Below, one piece after another: positions 18,419-27,447 of a stretch of 64,000 nucleotides of DNA. Both the position numbers and the translations under genes were made by a program. How positions within the stretch are numbered: the first letter of the stretch is position 1; the number at the start of each line of letters is the position of its first letter. The stretch is from IMG/VR virus record IMGVR_UViG_3300027971_000001, one strand, 5' to 3'. Origin of the DNA: a virus. Lineage: Duplodnaviria; Caudoviricetes. The notes beneath the pieces were generated by a model that was given only the letters and a program-made list of their open reading frames with translations, was not told the DNA's origin and searched no databases.

Positions 18419-18900
18419 AAAAAATAGCATGTTTGATGATTATTGCCGGAATATTATATAATATTATTCAGCAAACCAAAGAAAAAGCCATAATCAATCC
18501 AGTTGATAATGTGATTTGTTCTGGAATGACTAAAATGGCTGATGATTTTGTAAAGAAATTGGTTGTTGAAAAGACTGTAAAGGTTCGATTAACAACATAT
18601 TGGGCAAAAGGTGGAGAAACTGATAAGGATAGCGCAAAAAAGCATAGCTATACAGGAGCCACATTAAAAGAAGGGGTGAGTGTTGCAGTCGATCCTCGTC
18701 TAATCCCCTTCTTTAAGCGTTTATACATACCAAATTTAGGGCTTAGAGTGGCTCATGATACAGGAACAGCAGTTAAGGATAAAAAGGCAAGTAAGGGTAA
18801 ATTGCCTGTTATAGACGTATTTTTTGAAAAAAAGAAGGATGCCATGGAATTTGCATACAATGGACCTAAAATAGTCACAGTTAGCATTTATAAATACTAA
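18415..18900 (+). CDS. 3D-domain (MltA-like) protein with N-terminal signal anchor
   Basis: VRLTTYW, VAVDPRLIPF, AHDTGTAVK and VIDVFF supply the three Asp; hydrophobic N-terminus IACLMIIAGILY. Confidence 0.85.
   Translation: MKKIACLMIIAGILYNIIQQTKEKAIINPVDNVICSGMTKMADDFVKKLVVEKTVKVRLTTYWAKGGETDKDSAKKHSYTGATLKEGVSVAVDPRLIPFFKRLYIPNLGLRVAHDTGTAVKDKKASKGKLPVIDVFFEKKKDAMEFAYNGPKIVTVSIYKY
18889..18896 (+). promoter_or_regulatory. T4-type late promoter TATAAATA
   Basis: Exact consensus, 5 nt before GTG 18902. Confidence 0.7.
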
Positions 18901-18901
18901 T

Positions 18902-19423
18902 GTGCGTTTTAACGAACTTATAAATGAAATAATAGGGGATTTACCCCCACCTCCTCCTGCAATAATTCAAAAAGCAGAAGCTGCCATCAAATATAGCGAT
19001 ATAGTAGCGGCTGCTCTTATCGGTGAAGCAGGTGGTGAAGGTGAAAAAGGAATGCAAGCTGTCATGAATGTAATCATGAACAGGGTAAAAGATGGTGATC
19101 CTTTCCGGGGTGCTGTGAATATTGTTTTAAAACCCAAACAGTTTAGTTTTTTTAACAAATACAATGATGGAACAGAAAAAATGGGAGATATTATAAGCAA
19201 AGCCACTAAACATCCTAATTGGGCCAAAGCAAAAGAGCTGGCCCTTGTTGGAATGCGGGGAAAACTACAAGATATTACAGACGGAGCTACACACTATCAC
19301 GTGACAAGCGGACCCAGCAAAGTGTCTCCTAAATGGAGCAATCCTAAATTTGGAGGAAAAAATCCCGAAGCTTCAGCGACCAACACGATTGGCCATCACA
19401 CGTTTTTTACGAACATTAAGTGA
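18902..19423 (+). CDS. SleB/Hydrolase_2-family cell wall hydrolase
   Basis: GEAGGEGEKGMQAVMNVIMNR, KQFSFFN, GATHYH and IGHHTFF; TATAAATA 5 nt upstream. Confidence 0.9.
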   Translation: MRFNELINEIIGDLPPPPPAIIQKAEAAIKYSDIVAAALIGEAGGEGEKGMQAVMNVIMNRVKDGDPFRGAVNIVLKPKQFSFFNKYNDGTEKMGDIISKATKHPNWAKAKELALVGMRGKLQDITDGATHYHVTSGPSKVSPKWSNPKFGGKNPEASATNTIGHHTFFTNIK

Positions 19424-19630
19424 TTTCTTTTTCTTTTTCTTAACAGGCAATTGAAAAACTATTTGAGCACTGCTTGTATTAAAACTATCGCCTTTGAATC
19501 CAGAAGGATGTGTGGCTGTTTTACCCCAATCAATATTTTTTCCATTATATGTTCCAGGAACTCTTGATTGAGGCGCAATGCTAAAATCTTCTGATAGCTT
19601 TTTAACAATACTATCAAAATTCTTTGTCAT
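19373..19630 (-). CDS. Hypothetical protein (85 aa)
   Basis: ATGA overlap with the tail-collar gene; N-terminus MTKNFDSIVKKLSE. Confidence 0.6.
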   Translation of the reverse strand: MTKNFDSIVKKLSEDFSIAPQSRVPGTYNGKNIDWGKTATHPSGFKGDSFNTSSAQIVFQLPVKKKKKKSLNVRKKRVMANRVGR

Positions 19631-20781
19631 GATGTGGCTTTGATCAGTTTGCGAACAACGGCGCTGGGCTGAATGGTATTGTGAGGTGTTGATGTTCCTG
19701 AACCAACAGTGCCTGTTGCATCAACAGCACCTTGAGAATATGTATAAGAATAATCTCCATTTGCATTTTGAATGGTCAGACCTCCTACAAATCCTGTTCC
19801 GTTTGGATTAAGAGAACCTGGTTCACGAAATTGAGCAGTAACATCAAATTCACATTTACCTTCTTGTTTGGTAAGAGTATGATTTTCTTCACCTCCTACG
19901 CTACCAACAGCATTGTTAATAGTTGCAGAACCTGTTCCACCCGCACCAATGGTTGTTCTGCGACGCAAATCAGGAAGATTAAAGGTTGTGCTGCCGTCTC
20001 CAGATCCCCAAGTCGTACCCAGAACATTGAACAAATCGACATATGTTGTTCGGGAAACTGCTGTACCATCACATTCCAGATAAGTGGCAGGAGGTGATCC
20101 TGCTCCTGCCCAATCTATAAGAGTTCCTATCGGATTGGTGGTAACAAGACCTGCCAAAAGAACTGCCAAATCTGTTGTGGTAAGATCCTGAACTTGACCG
20201 CTAGTATTCAATCGTCCTTTAATTGTGTTTGCTGGTGCGGCGACTAACATTGAATTGCTAACGCTATTACTATTAACAATCATTGCTTGATTACCATCAT
20301 AAGTCAGACTGTTACCCAATTTTGTTTTCAAAACTGTGTTGCTTCCTATACGCTCAAGACCAGCACCTATAGAAAGATTCGACAATTTTGTTGCAAGCAA
20401 TCCATTATCAGCCACCCTGACAACGTTTGCCACATTAATAAGAGTATTGTTATCTATAGTGAATTGGCTTCCAAAAGGAGCAAAGGCACTGACTTTGGCA
20501 AAATTTGTGCCTGTGAGCATATATGTCAGATTGGATACTGTATCAAAAACAAAATCACCACTGGCAGGAGCAAGATTGCTGCTGATGTTTGTGTTGTTTC
20601 CACCAAATGTTGCAAATCCAAGATTTTTGGTTCCTACTGGAACTCCACCATCAGATCCTGTTCCTATATAAAGACGACTGCTATCTGTACAATAGCCCGG
20701 TTCTCCTGGTTCTAATGTGATATTTTTTCGTTCAGTTTCCGTTCCTTGACGGAATATGATCTTTTTGATTTCAGCAGCCAT
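19627..20781 (-). CDS. Tail-collar-domain fibre protein with Mtd/hyaluronidase-type N-terminal domain
   Basis: IIFRQGT...LEPGEPGYCTDSSRLYIG; PIGTLIDWAG...YLECDG...LFNVLG...FNLPDLR; HNTIQP. Confidence 0.88.
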   Translation of the reverse strand: MAAEIKKIIFRQGTETERKNITLEPGEPGYCTDSSRLYIGTGSDGGVPVGTKNLGFATFGGNNTNISSNLAPASGDFVFDTVSNLTYMLTGTNFAKVSAFAPFGSQFTIDNNTLINVANVVRVADNGLLATKLSNLSIGAGLERIGSNTVLKTKLGNSLTYDGNQAMIVNSNSVSNSMLVAAPANTIKGRLNTSGQVQDLTTTDLAVLLAGLVTTNPIGTLIDWAGAGSPPATYLECDGTAVSRTTYVDLFNVLGTTWGSGDGSTTFNLPDLRRRTTIGAGGTGSATINNAVGSVGGEENHTLTKQEGKCEFDVTAQFREPGSLNPNGTGFVGGLTIQNANGDYSYTYSQGAVDATGTVGSGTSTPHNTIQPSAVVRKLIKATS

Positions 20782-20848
20782 TAGTAATATTTATTTAATA
20801 TATCAGTTTCTACAATTATTTTAAAAATATTTTGAATAAATAACTTAT

Positions 20849-21082
20849 ATGGCAACAAAAGCTTACTCTGTGGTTGTGGATGGTATGAACAGTCTTCGGG
20901 TATTTGATGCAAATACAGGCACCACTGTAAGGTCTTTAAAACTACAGGAATCTATCCATTCCAGCCCTGTGGTCGTTAATGACCGGGTAACAGTCATTGT
21001 GCAAAATTCAAGCGGAAAACGCAAAGGAATTATTTTTAAACTTCCCGGTCTTTCTCAAGTTTTTTCTTTCCCAGTGGCTTGA
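20849..21082 (+). CDS. Small beta-rich hypothetical late protein (77 aa)
   Basis: AATAAATA at 20835-20842, 6 nt before the ATG. Confidence 0.75.
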   Translation: MATKAYSVVVDGMNSLRVFDANTGTTVRSLKLQESIHSSPVVVNDRVTVIVQNSSGKRKGIIFKLPGLSQVFSFPVA

Positions 21083-21113
21083 AATTCTTTGTGTGTACCT
21101 TACGATACACACA
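21079..21113 (+). promoter_or_regulatory. Sigma70-like promoter TTGAAA-16-TACGAT
   Basis: ATG 6 nt after the -10; 8 bp inverted repeat TGTGTGTA/TACACACA (21090-21113). Confidence 0.55.
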
Positions 21114-21616
21114 TGATGAATCTAACATTTAGCGATACAGAAAAGCCAGCCGATCTGGAAAAGTTCCAAAAAATTACATATCCGACTTTCTTTTTCGGTT
21201 TTGCCATAAGAACCATGTATGATCAGAAAAGATTAAAAATTAAAAAAGAATATAACCCCAATTATATTGTTCACAAATATGGCAACAAAGCAGATGAAAT
21301 CATGTTTCTTTATGGAATGATTGCTCCTGTATCGAATGATGTGATGCCTTATATACTGCCATTACGGGCCAATCCTAACGTGAATCATGAGCAATATGAA
21401 GCAGTACTAAGACCTTTGGAAGTAGAATGCAGTGATTGTTATCTATTCTTAGCCAAGAATCTTTATCCTATCAATTCATTTTATACCCATAGATTCTTTA
21501 CAAAATCAAATTTTAAAAATATAAACAACTATTCAGAATTGCTTGATAGGGATCCAGAACTTCCGTTGCATCACACCATATCCCCGTTCCACCTGTTTTT
21601 ATTGACTAACTATTAA
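21113..21616 (+). CDS. Hypothetical protein
   Basis: Preferred start ATG 21113 (MMNLTF) behind the promoter above. Confidence 0.75.
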   Translation: MMNLTFSDTEKPADLEKFQKITYPTFFFGFAIRTMYDQKRLKIKKEYNPNYIVHKYGNKADEIMFLYGMIAPVSNDVMPYILPLRANPNVNHEQYEAVLRPLEVECSDCYLFLAKNLYPINSFYTHRFFTKSNFKNINNYSELLDRDPELPLHHTISPFHLFLLTNY

Positions 21617-23937
21617 CCACCAACAATCGGATCATTTGGTGGATTGCTGTCCTTGATGTTATAGGCATTGTTCTGCGGTGCAGCCACAACCCTGTCCGTA
21701 TTATTGCAAGCTTGAGCCACGTTACGAACATTCTTATTTTCTGGAAGCAGATTAAGAGGTATATTTTTAAATAAATGACTGTGACTATATGTAAACAAGC
21801 AATTTTCATCTGAAATATTGTTACAAGGAGTTTTACTCCAAACAATACCCCAACCATTACAAATACTTGCTCCAGGTTGCACATAACCAATAATTTTAGC
21901 ATCAATCGTATTAGTTTGACCATACACAAAACTCTTTTCAGTTTCCTGAATTTCTACAGGAGCAGTGATATGGTTGACTGTGAGTTCTCCTTCAATATGG
22001 GCACCTCCTCCTACTACTAAATTGCGACTAACACCCAAACTAGAATCTACCATTACCTGTTCATAATTACGTTGACGCAAAACCAGAATGTCACTGGTTA
22101 TAACTGTGCGGTTACCTCCATCAATATTCAATTCATATTGAGCACCTATATTCACTTGTTGTCCGGCCATGGTGGTTATGGTTCCACTCATTTCTATAGG
22201 TCCTAGGGTTTTTACGCTAATCCCTCCTGCACCCACTTGTAATGTATAACGATTACATGCATTAACTGTATAATTTCCACCAGGAAGATCATCAACATGT
22301 ACAGGTTCAATCAAAGGACTGGATTTTTGATTTTCAAATACGCCCAATTCACCCACTTGAACTTTATAATTATATATTTTTCCTTCTGTGTCGATACGAA
22401 TTGAACCAAAATCATTCATGACTTGACCAATCATATCAAATTTGTGTTTGGGTATTTCTGTAACCAAACTACCCCCAGTACCCAAACTTTCTTCAATTTT
22501 ACCCAATTCGACTATTTTTTCTTTATAAAGCTGTTCGAGTTTCTTTTTTTCTGGATTTTCCTCCCATTTACCATCCATGCTGCTTGGACTTAATTTTTGT
22601 CCTTTACAAACAGGACATTGATTAGGAGCAGGGAATGCAATAAGTTGACCATCTTGTTGTTTTCCTTTTGGATCAACTGTTTGATATTGATCTACACCAT
22701 TACTTCTGAATGTTACAACGGGAATAACTACTTGATTAAATTTGTTATTAACTGCGTAATATTTTCTATCTTTTGAACAAACAGGACAAGGTCCAGGGTT
22801 TCCTTTTTGTTTTTGATTGGTAGAACTTATCCTATTTGGATCACCGTCTTTTTTCTTGGTACGATCAATTTCAAACAATTGTTTAAGATCTGCTATAGGA
22901 TCCATCTGAGTCTTCCATTGTTGCTGATGTTGAGGATCCTGATTTCCTATTTTAAAATAATAATTACCTTTGACCACGATATCTAAATCACCCCCGACGT
23001 AAAGACTATTATTACCTTTTACAGTTGTGAATTTGTCGGCCAGAACCAATTGTTGATCATTTTTTACAGATAATCTACTTGTTGTTGCATTATTAAATTC
23101 CAAAAATGATCCTGAATAGTGTGTAAATTTTAAAACCTCTTTCAAATCTGTGTTTACAAATTCAATTGTTCCGCCTTTTTGAGACATGACCATTTTGTTT
23201 CTGTAAGTTTCAGCATCACTTTGCTGGACTTTCAATTCTGAATTATTTTTGTCCAGATTTTCATAAGCACCCGGATAATCTTCTGCCACTCCATAATCAT
23301 CCTGATATATTCCTTGCCAAGCTGCTTGACCAAAACTTACAGCCCAATAAACAGGACGCATGGGATTTCCATCATAAAAGAATACCCAAACATGTGCTCC
23401 CACATTAGGAACACTGAATAAACCTTTAGCCCTGTTACTGTAACAGCTGGGAACATATCCGTAAGAATTTGGATTTACGTGGGCAACATTATTGGCTGGT
23501 GCAGAATTGAATGCATCGCTTAATTTTACCGCTTTTCTTTCCAATACATTTCCTGGTTTTTCACCAATACCATCTGTATTTTGACTGAATTCTGTTGTTT
23601 GAAAATCCTTTTGAGGTTTGCAAGTATCAATAAAGCTACTGTCGCTTATCGAACCAAATTTTTCTGTTGCATTATATCTTCCGCTTGCTGCTCCTCCAAA
23701 CAAAGGCATGGCACAGTCCGACCAAGGAAGAATCTTTTTAAGATCGTCCAAAATATCATTTAAACTGCTGTTAAGATTTTGACCTATGAAATTAAATTCT
23801 TTATCTACTTTTACTTCATTCCATTTATTGTAAACAGTGGAAGTAACGTGAGGAACAAATATCTTGAGTCTTCCTCTTTGTTCTGGGTCATTGTTTTGTA
23901 CAACTATACCTAAATATTGACCATCATATCTTTTCAT
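21613..23937 (-). CDS. gp5: Baseplate central spike, gp5/VgrG-like, lacking a lysozyme domain
   Basis: OB-fold GIVVQNNDPEQRGRLKIFVP...VPNVGAHVWVFF.DGN; HYSGSFLE and V-x-G beta-helix repeats; C-terminal HSH. Confidence 0.85.
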   Translation of the reverse strand: MKRYDGQYLGIVVQNNDPEQRGRLKIFVPHVTSTVYNKWNEVKVDKEFNFIGQNLNSSLNDILDDLKKILPWSDCAMPLFGGAASGRYNATEKFGSISDSSFIDTCKPQKDFQTTEFSQNTDGIGEKPGNVLERKAVKLSDAFNSAPANNVAHVNPNSYGYVPSCYSNRAKGLFSVPNVGAHVWVFFYDGNPMRPVYWAVSFGQAAWQGIYQDDYGVAEDYPGAYENLDKNNSELKVQQSDAETYRNKMVMSQKGGTIEFVNTDLKEVLKFTHYSGSFLEFNNATTSRLSVKNDQQLVLADKFTTVKGNNSLYVGGDLDIVVKGNYYFKIGNQDPQHQQQWKTQMDPIADLKQLFEIDRTKKKDGDPNRISSTNQKQKGNPGPCPVCSKDRKYYAVNNKFNQVVIPVVTFRSNGVDQYQTVDPKGKQQDGQLIAFPAPNQCPVCKGQKLSPSSMDGKWEENPEKKKLEQLYKEKIVELGKIEESLGTGGSLVTEIPKHKFDMIGQVMNDFGSIRIDTEGKIYNYKVQVGELGVFENQKSSPLIEPVHVDDLPGGNYTVNACNRYTLQVGAGGISVKTLGPIEMSGTITTMAGQQVNIGAQYELNIDGGNRTVITSDILVLRQRNYEQVMVDSSLGVSRNLVVGGGAHIEGELTVNHITAPVEIQETEKSFVYGQTNTIDAKIIGYVQPGASICNGWGIVWSKTPCNNISDENCLFTYSHSHLFKNIPLNLLPENKNVRNVAQACNNTDRVVAAPQNNAYNIKDSNPPNDPIVGG

Positions 23938-23940
23938 ATA

Positions 23941-25731
23941 TTATGTATTTCCTGCTGCTTGTAGTAATTGTTGTGCGGATGGATTCTTAAACTGTTTGTA
24001 TCCGGATGGATAATATGCCACTTGCTTTCTTCCTTTTACAATTTCAACATTTTGTGCATAAACACCACTTTTAGGAGGTTGTACAGTTGCTGATTGTGTT
24101 TTTCCTCCTGCAAGAACATTTTTTTCAAAATTCAATCTTGATTGCTCCGTATCAAAATATATATCAACTGTTGCTGTTTTTACCTCTTGTGGTTCTTTAT
24201 TTTCATCTTTTAAACGAATAACGCTTCGCACACTATTAGTATTTCGTCTATTTTTACGAAATACGCCCTGACCTTCCCGATCCATATCCCGTCCACTTGT
24301 ATTTCCTTCAATTGTTGTAAAACTACCATCAGAATTAACTGTTTCAACGATTCCAGTATGGCTATAATTATAAGTTATAATATCTCCGGGTTGAAGTGGT
24401 TTTTCACCAGGCCGAAATATTTCAGCATTACCATTTCTTGCAAAATCTTCCATTCCGTATGCCCTCATGGTTGCTGGTGCAGGTGTGTTGGTTCCTGCAG
24501 TTGCTTGCTGTGTAACTGCACTAACAAAACCTGCACACCATGGTTGACCTTGTGAACCTCCTCCTGCAGAGAAAAATGGATTTAATTGTGACCCTGTATT
24601 ACTGCTTGCATTTTCTGTAACACCCAAATAACTTTGTGCAGCAGTCACAGTTCGAGCACCAACGGAGCTTCCATTCTTAAAGTCAGGATTACTTGGATAA
24701 TATGATTGTGATCCGTCTCCTTTTACAATTCCCCTTTGCCTTGCTGCTGTTTGTTTCACAACATCTGAACCGGTATCCATTGCCACACGAACTCCAATTG
24801 CCGGATTGTCAAAAACAATTTTACTTCCATATGGAATGATTGAAGGATCCACAGCACAGCTTTGACCTTCAACAAGATTTTTTTCTCCGGTTGAACTATC
24901 CTTTTTGGCAGTCCATTCATCTCCTCCTTTTCCTATGGCTTCTTTTGCACCGTATGTTGTTACCACTGCATTAATACGAAAATCATTAGGAGAAACGGCA
25001 TTTGGAACAACAGGTCCTGCTTTTACTTGTGTATTATCTCCTCCTGTTTTACTGGATGCATAACTTTGTGCATTTTGTTTGGTCTGATTGCTGATATTAG
25101 CCGCAGCTATAGATTCACTTCTTTGACGGAATTTAGTAAATGATTGTGTGTCTACTGACAAATCCCTTATTGTTTTTGGGGAAAGGTTTGAAGGAACACT
25201 GGTTTGTATGGAATTCAACAATGAACTTATGTTGGAAACATTCTGTATTCCTTGCAGATTGTTTGTGACCTGGCTTTTTGCAAAATTAAAATTGTTTGTG
25301 TTTATATTGGCAAATTGAGAAAATGTATTGGAAAAAATACTTTGAATATCAACTTCACCTCCGGCAAAATTAGGAATAGGGAAATTGTTTCCTAGATAAG
25401 ATTGGACAATACCCTGTAATTGATTGGTTATGTCCAATCCTTGTGTTACATTTTGTATGGTTTGATCTAATATTTGAGGTGATGGCAATTGTGGAAGAAA
25501 GTCAGTTATAGGAAGATAGTCTTTAATATTTCCAAATTGCATTCCAAAATTGCTCATATTGGAAAATTGAGGTGGCAATTGAACTGAACCGAATATTTGT
25601 TCTGGATTTAATTGGGAAAGTTGCTGCGAAATATCATCAAAAGATGGAACAGATATGATCTTTTTTAGCTGTTTAAGATTCATTTCCGGAGCTAATTTTG
25701 TTAATAATGCCGGTGGAATATCATCTGCCAT
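23941..25731 (-). CDS. Virion-associated lysin: Q/N/S-rich N-terminus, then a 3D domain interrupted by a CHAP domain
   Basis: VVTTYG, CAVDPSIIPYGSKI, AMDTG; then QPWCAGFVS, PGDIITYNYSHTGIVE, IEGNTS; then VDIYFD. Immediately upstream of gp5. Confidence 0.85.
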   Translation of the reverse strand: MADDIPPALLTKLAPEMNLKQLKKIISVPSFDDISQQLSQLNPEQIFGSVQLPPQFSNMSNFGMQFGNIKDYLPITDFLPQLPSPQILDQTIQNVTQGLDITNQLQGIVQSYLGNNFPIPNFAGGEVDIQSIFSNTFSQFANINTNNFNFAKSQVTNNLQGIQNVSNISSLLNSIQTSVPSNLSPKTIRDLSVDTQSFTKFRQRSESIAAANISNQTKQNAQSYASSKTGGDNTQVKAGPVVPNAVSPNDFRINAVVTTYGAKEAIGKGGDEWTAKKDSSTGEKNLVEGQSCAVDPSIIPYGSKIVFDNPAIGVRVAMDTGSDVVKQTAARQRGIVKGDGSQSYYPSNPDFKNGSSVGARTVTAAQSYLGVTENASSNTGSQLNPFFSAGGGSQGQPWCAGFVSAVTQQATAGTNTPAPATMRAYGMEDFARNGNAEIFRPGEKPLQPGDIITYNYSHTGIVETVNSDGSFTTIEGNTSGRDMDREGQGVFRKNRRNTNSVRSVIRLKDENKEPQEVKTATVDIYFDTEQSRLNFEKNVLAGGKTQSATVQPPKSGVYAQNVEIVKGRKQVAYYPSGYKQFKNPSAQQLLQAAGNT

Positions 25732-25770
25732 AGTATAAAATTATTTATGAAAGAAAATCTTTTTACAATG

Positions 25771-25804
25771 TTGAAAAACCCTTATCATTTAGTAACATAA
25801 ATGA
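25771..25804 (+). promoter_or_regulatory. Sigma70-like promoter TTGAAA-16-TAACAT
   Basis: TTG start 7 nt after the -10; inverted repeat TCATTT/AAATGA with the -10 in its 8-nt loop. Confidence 0.5.
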
Positions 25805-25805
25805 A

Positions 25806-26363
25806 TTGAAAATAGCATTTTCCGGACCTCAAGCATCAGGTAAAAGCACAGTTATCAAGCATTTGCTAGATAATTTTTTGAAAAAAGAGGAGTATTCTTT
25901 TATCAAAGGAGGAGCCAGAAAATTGAAAGATTGTGGTTTTGAAATAAATGAAAAAGGAACAGATTTGTCTCAAGTTCTGCTGTTTAATTCATATATTGAT
26001 GATTTATTGATTAAGCCAAAACAAACAATAACAAAGCATTACATTTATGATCGTTGGTTGTTGGATGGTCTTGTTTATTGTGATTGGTCTGTCAGCATAG
26101 GAAAAAACAGCCCATGGGTTTATGATTATGGTCAATTAATGCTCAAAATGATTCACAGTGAAATTGATATACTGTTTTATTGTGATACTGAAGGTGTTCC
26201 TGTTGAAAATGACAATTACAGGAACGTTGATGAAGAATATCGAACTGTCATTCGATCCATCTTTGAAAATTATCTAAAAGAACCGATTGTTAAATTTAAA
26301 AAAGTGGTGTATCTGACCGGCCCTTTGAAGGATAGAACATCAAAGGTACTTAACGAACTTTAG
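25806..26363 (+). CDS. P-loop nucleotide monophosphate kinase-like protein (AAA_28/thymidylate kinase-like)
   Basis: KIAFSGPQASGKST, IYDRWLLD, DILFY and D.YR. Confidence 0.8.
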   Translation: MKIAFSGPQASGKSTVIKHLLDNFLKKEEYSFIKGGARKLKDCGFEINEKGTDLSQVLLFNSYIDDLLIKPKQTITKHYIYDRWLLDGLVYCDWSVSIGKNSPWVYDYGQLMLKMIHSEIDILFYCDTEGVPVENDNYRNVDEEYRTVIRSIFENYLKEPIVKFKKVVYLTGPLKDRTSKVLNEL

Positions 26364-26770
26364 AGATAACCTAAAAGACTGAGACGGCGAATATTAGGTG
26401 AAACAGATTCAGCGCCATTATTTGTCAATGTTTGCAATGATGGAGCAGCAGTAGCAGTTGCTGCAGTGAAAAGAGAGCTTGTACGGTTTTTATATATGAT
26501 TGCAAATTGAACACCATTATAAGCACTGTCAACACGCAATCTAATGCTATCTTGACCAACAACACCAGAAGCAACAGTATTGGCAGATAATGTTACCAAA
26601 GTGTTTGTTAGGGCAACCGGAGGATTGTTAAATGCAACAGATTCGACATTTGATCCAACAATATGAAGTGCCACACCAGCAGCGCTCAAACTGTAATTGT
26701 TTGTAGCTGTCATGTCCGGGTTAAAATTGTCTGGATCCAAAACTTGATTAGGGAAACTTAGTATTGCCAT
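26360..26770 (-). CDS. Hypothetical late/virion protein (136 aa, Ala/Thr/Val-rich)
   Basis: AATAAATA 6 nt upstream; beta-rich composition. Confidence 0.7.
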   Translation of the reverse strand: MAILSFPNQVLDPDNFNPDMTATNNYSLSAAGVALHIVGSNVESVAFNNPPVALTNTLVTLSANTVASGVVGQDSIRLRVDSAYNGVQFAIIYKNRTSSLFTAATATAAPSLQTLTNNGAESVSPNIRRLSLLGYL

Positions 26771-26802
26771 ATAATATATTTATTCTTTTTTTAATATTTT
26801 TT

Positions 26803-27015
26803 TTAATATAATCCTATTTTAGTTTTTACAACATCCCAAAGAAAAGTAGCTACTGCAGAAACAGTTATAGCACCACCAATAATTTTAGTTTTAAATTTTT
26901 CAACAGTTGTTAAACGATCATGGTGATCATCAATTTTATTGATAATATGATCAATTTTTGTTTCCATGCGGACAACCCGTTCTCGCACATCCATGATATC
27001 GTCTTGATAAGGCAT
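26803..27015 (-). CDS. XhlA-like small membrane protein (coiled coil plus C-terminal TM); holin candidate
   Basis: ERVVRMETKIDHI...RLTTVEK followed by hydrophobic IIGGAITVSAVATFLW. Confidence 0.6.
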   Translation of the reverse strand: MPYQDDIMDVRERVVRMETKIDHIINKIDDHHDRLTTVEKFKTKIIGGAITVSAVATFLWDVVKTKIGLY

Positions 27016-27039
27016 AATAAAGTTTTAAATATTTATTAT

Positions 27040-27336
27040 TTAAGGTGTTGGAATTGTTAAAATTTTAGGTAAAAACTTAAAATTTGAAGGATCCAACTCT
27101 TTCATTCTTTCCAATTTAGGATTTATCATTTTTTCCCAAACACGTTTAGTTATTTCGTATCTCTTTTGTAATATATCTTTCTTTTCTTCTTGGTCAATTA
27201 GTATATTTTCTTCTATTTTCTGTGTATTAATTATATAATTATTAAAATCATTTATTAGAGCTGTAAGTTGATCAAATTCCTGTTCACCACTATAAGGAAT
27301 GTTGAATTCTTTTAAAAATACCTTCTTTAGCTGCAT
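27040..27336 (-). CDS. Hypothetical late protein (98 aa)
   Basis: TATAAATA at 27350-27343, 6 nt before the ATG. Confidence 0.75.
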   Translation of the reverse strand: MQLKKVFLKEFNIPYSGEQEFDQLTALINDFNNYIINTQKIEENILIDQEEKKDILQKRYEITKRVWEKMINPKLERMKELDPSNFKFLPKILTIPTP

Positions 27337-27342
27337 ATTATA

Positions 27343-27350
27343 TATTTATA
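27343..27350 (-). promoter_or_regulatory. T4-type late promoter TATAAATA
   Basis: Abuts the gp23 terminator; 6 nt before ATG 27336. Confidence 0.75.
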
Positions 27351-27387
27351 AAAAAAGAGGGGGATCTTTCGATCCCCCCCTCTTTTT
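27351..27387 (-). terminator. Intrinsic terminator after gp23
   Basis: Minus strand GGGGGATC-GAAA-GATCCCCC followed by TCTTTTTTT; a smaller CACGG/CCGTG stem lies at 27395-27410. Confidence 0.88.
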
Positions 27388-27447
27388 AAAACTTCACGGG
27401 ACGTACCGTGTGAAAAATTTTCTTTTACATGCCAGGATCTACTTTTT

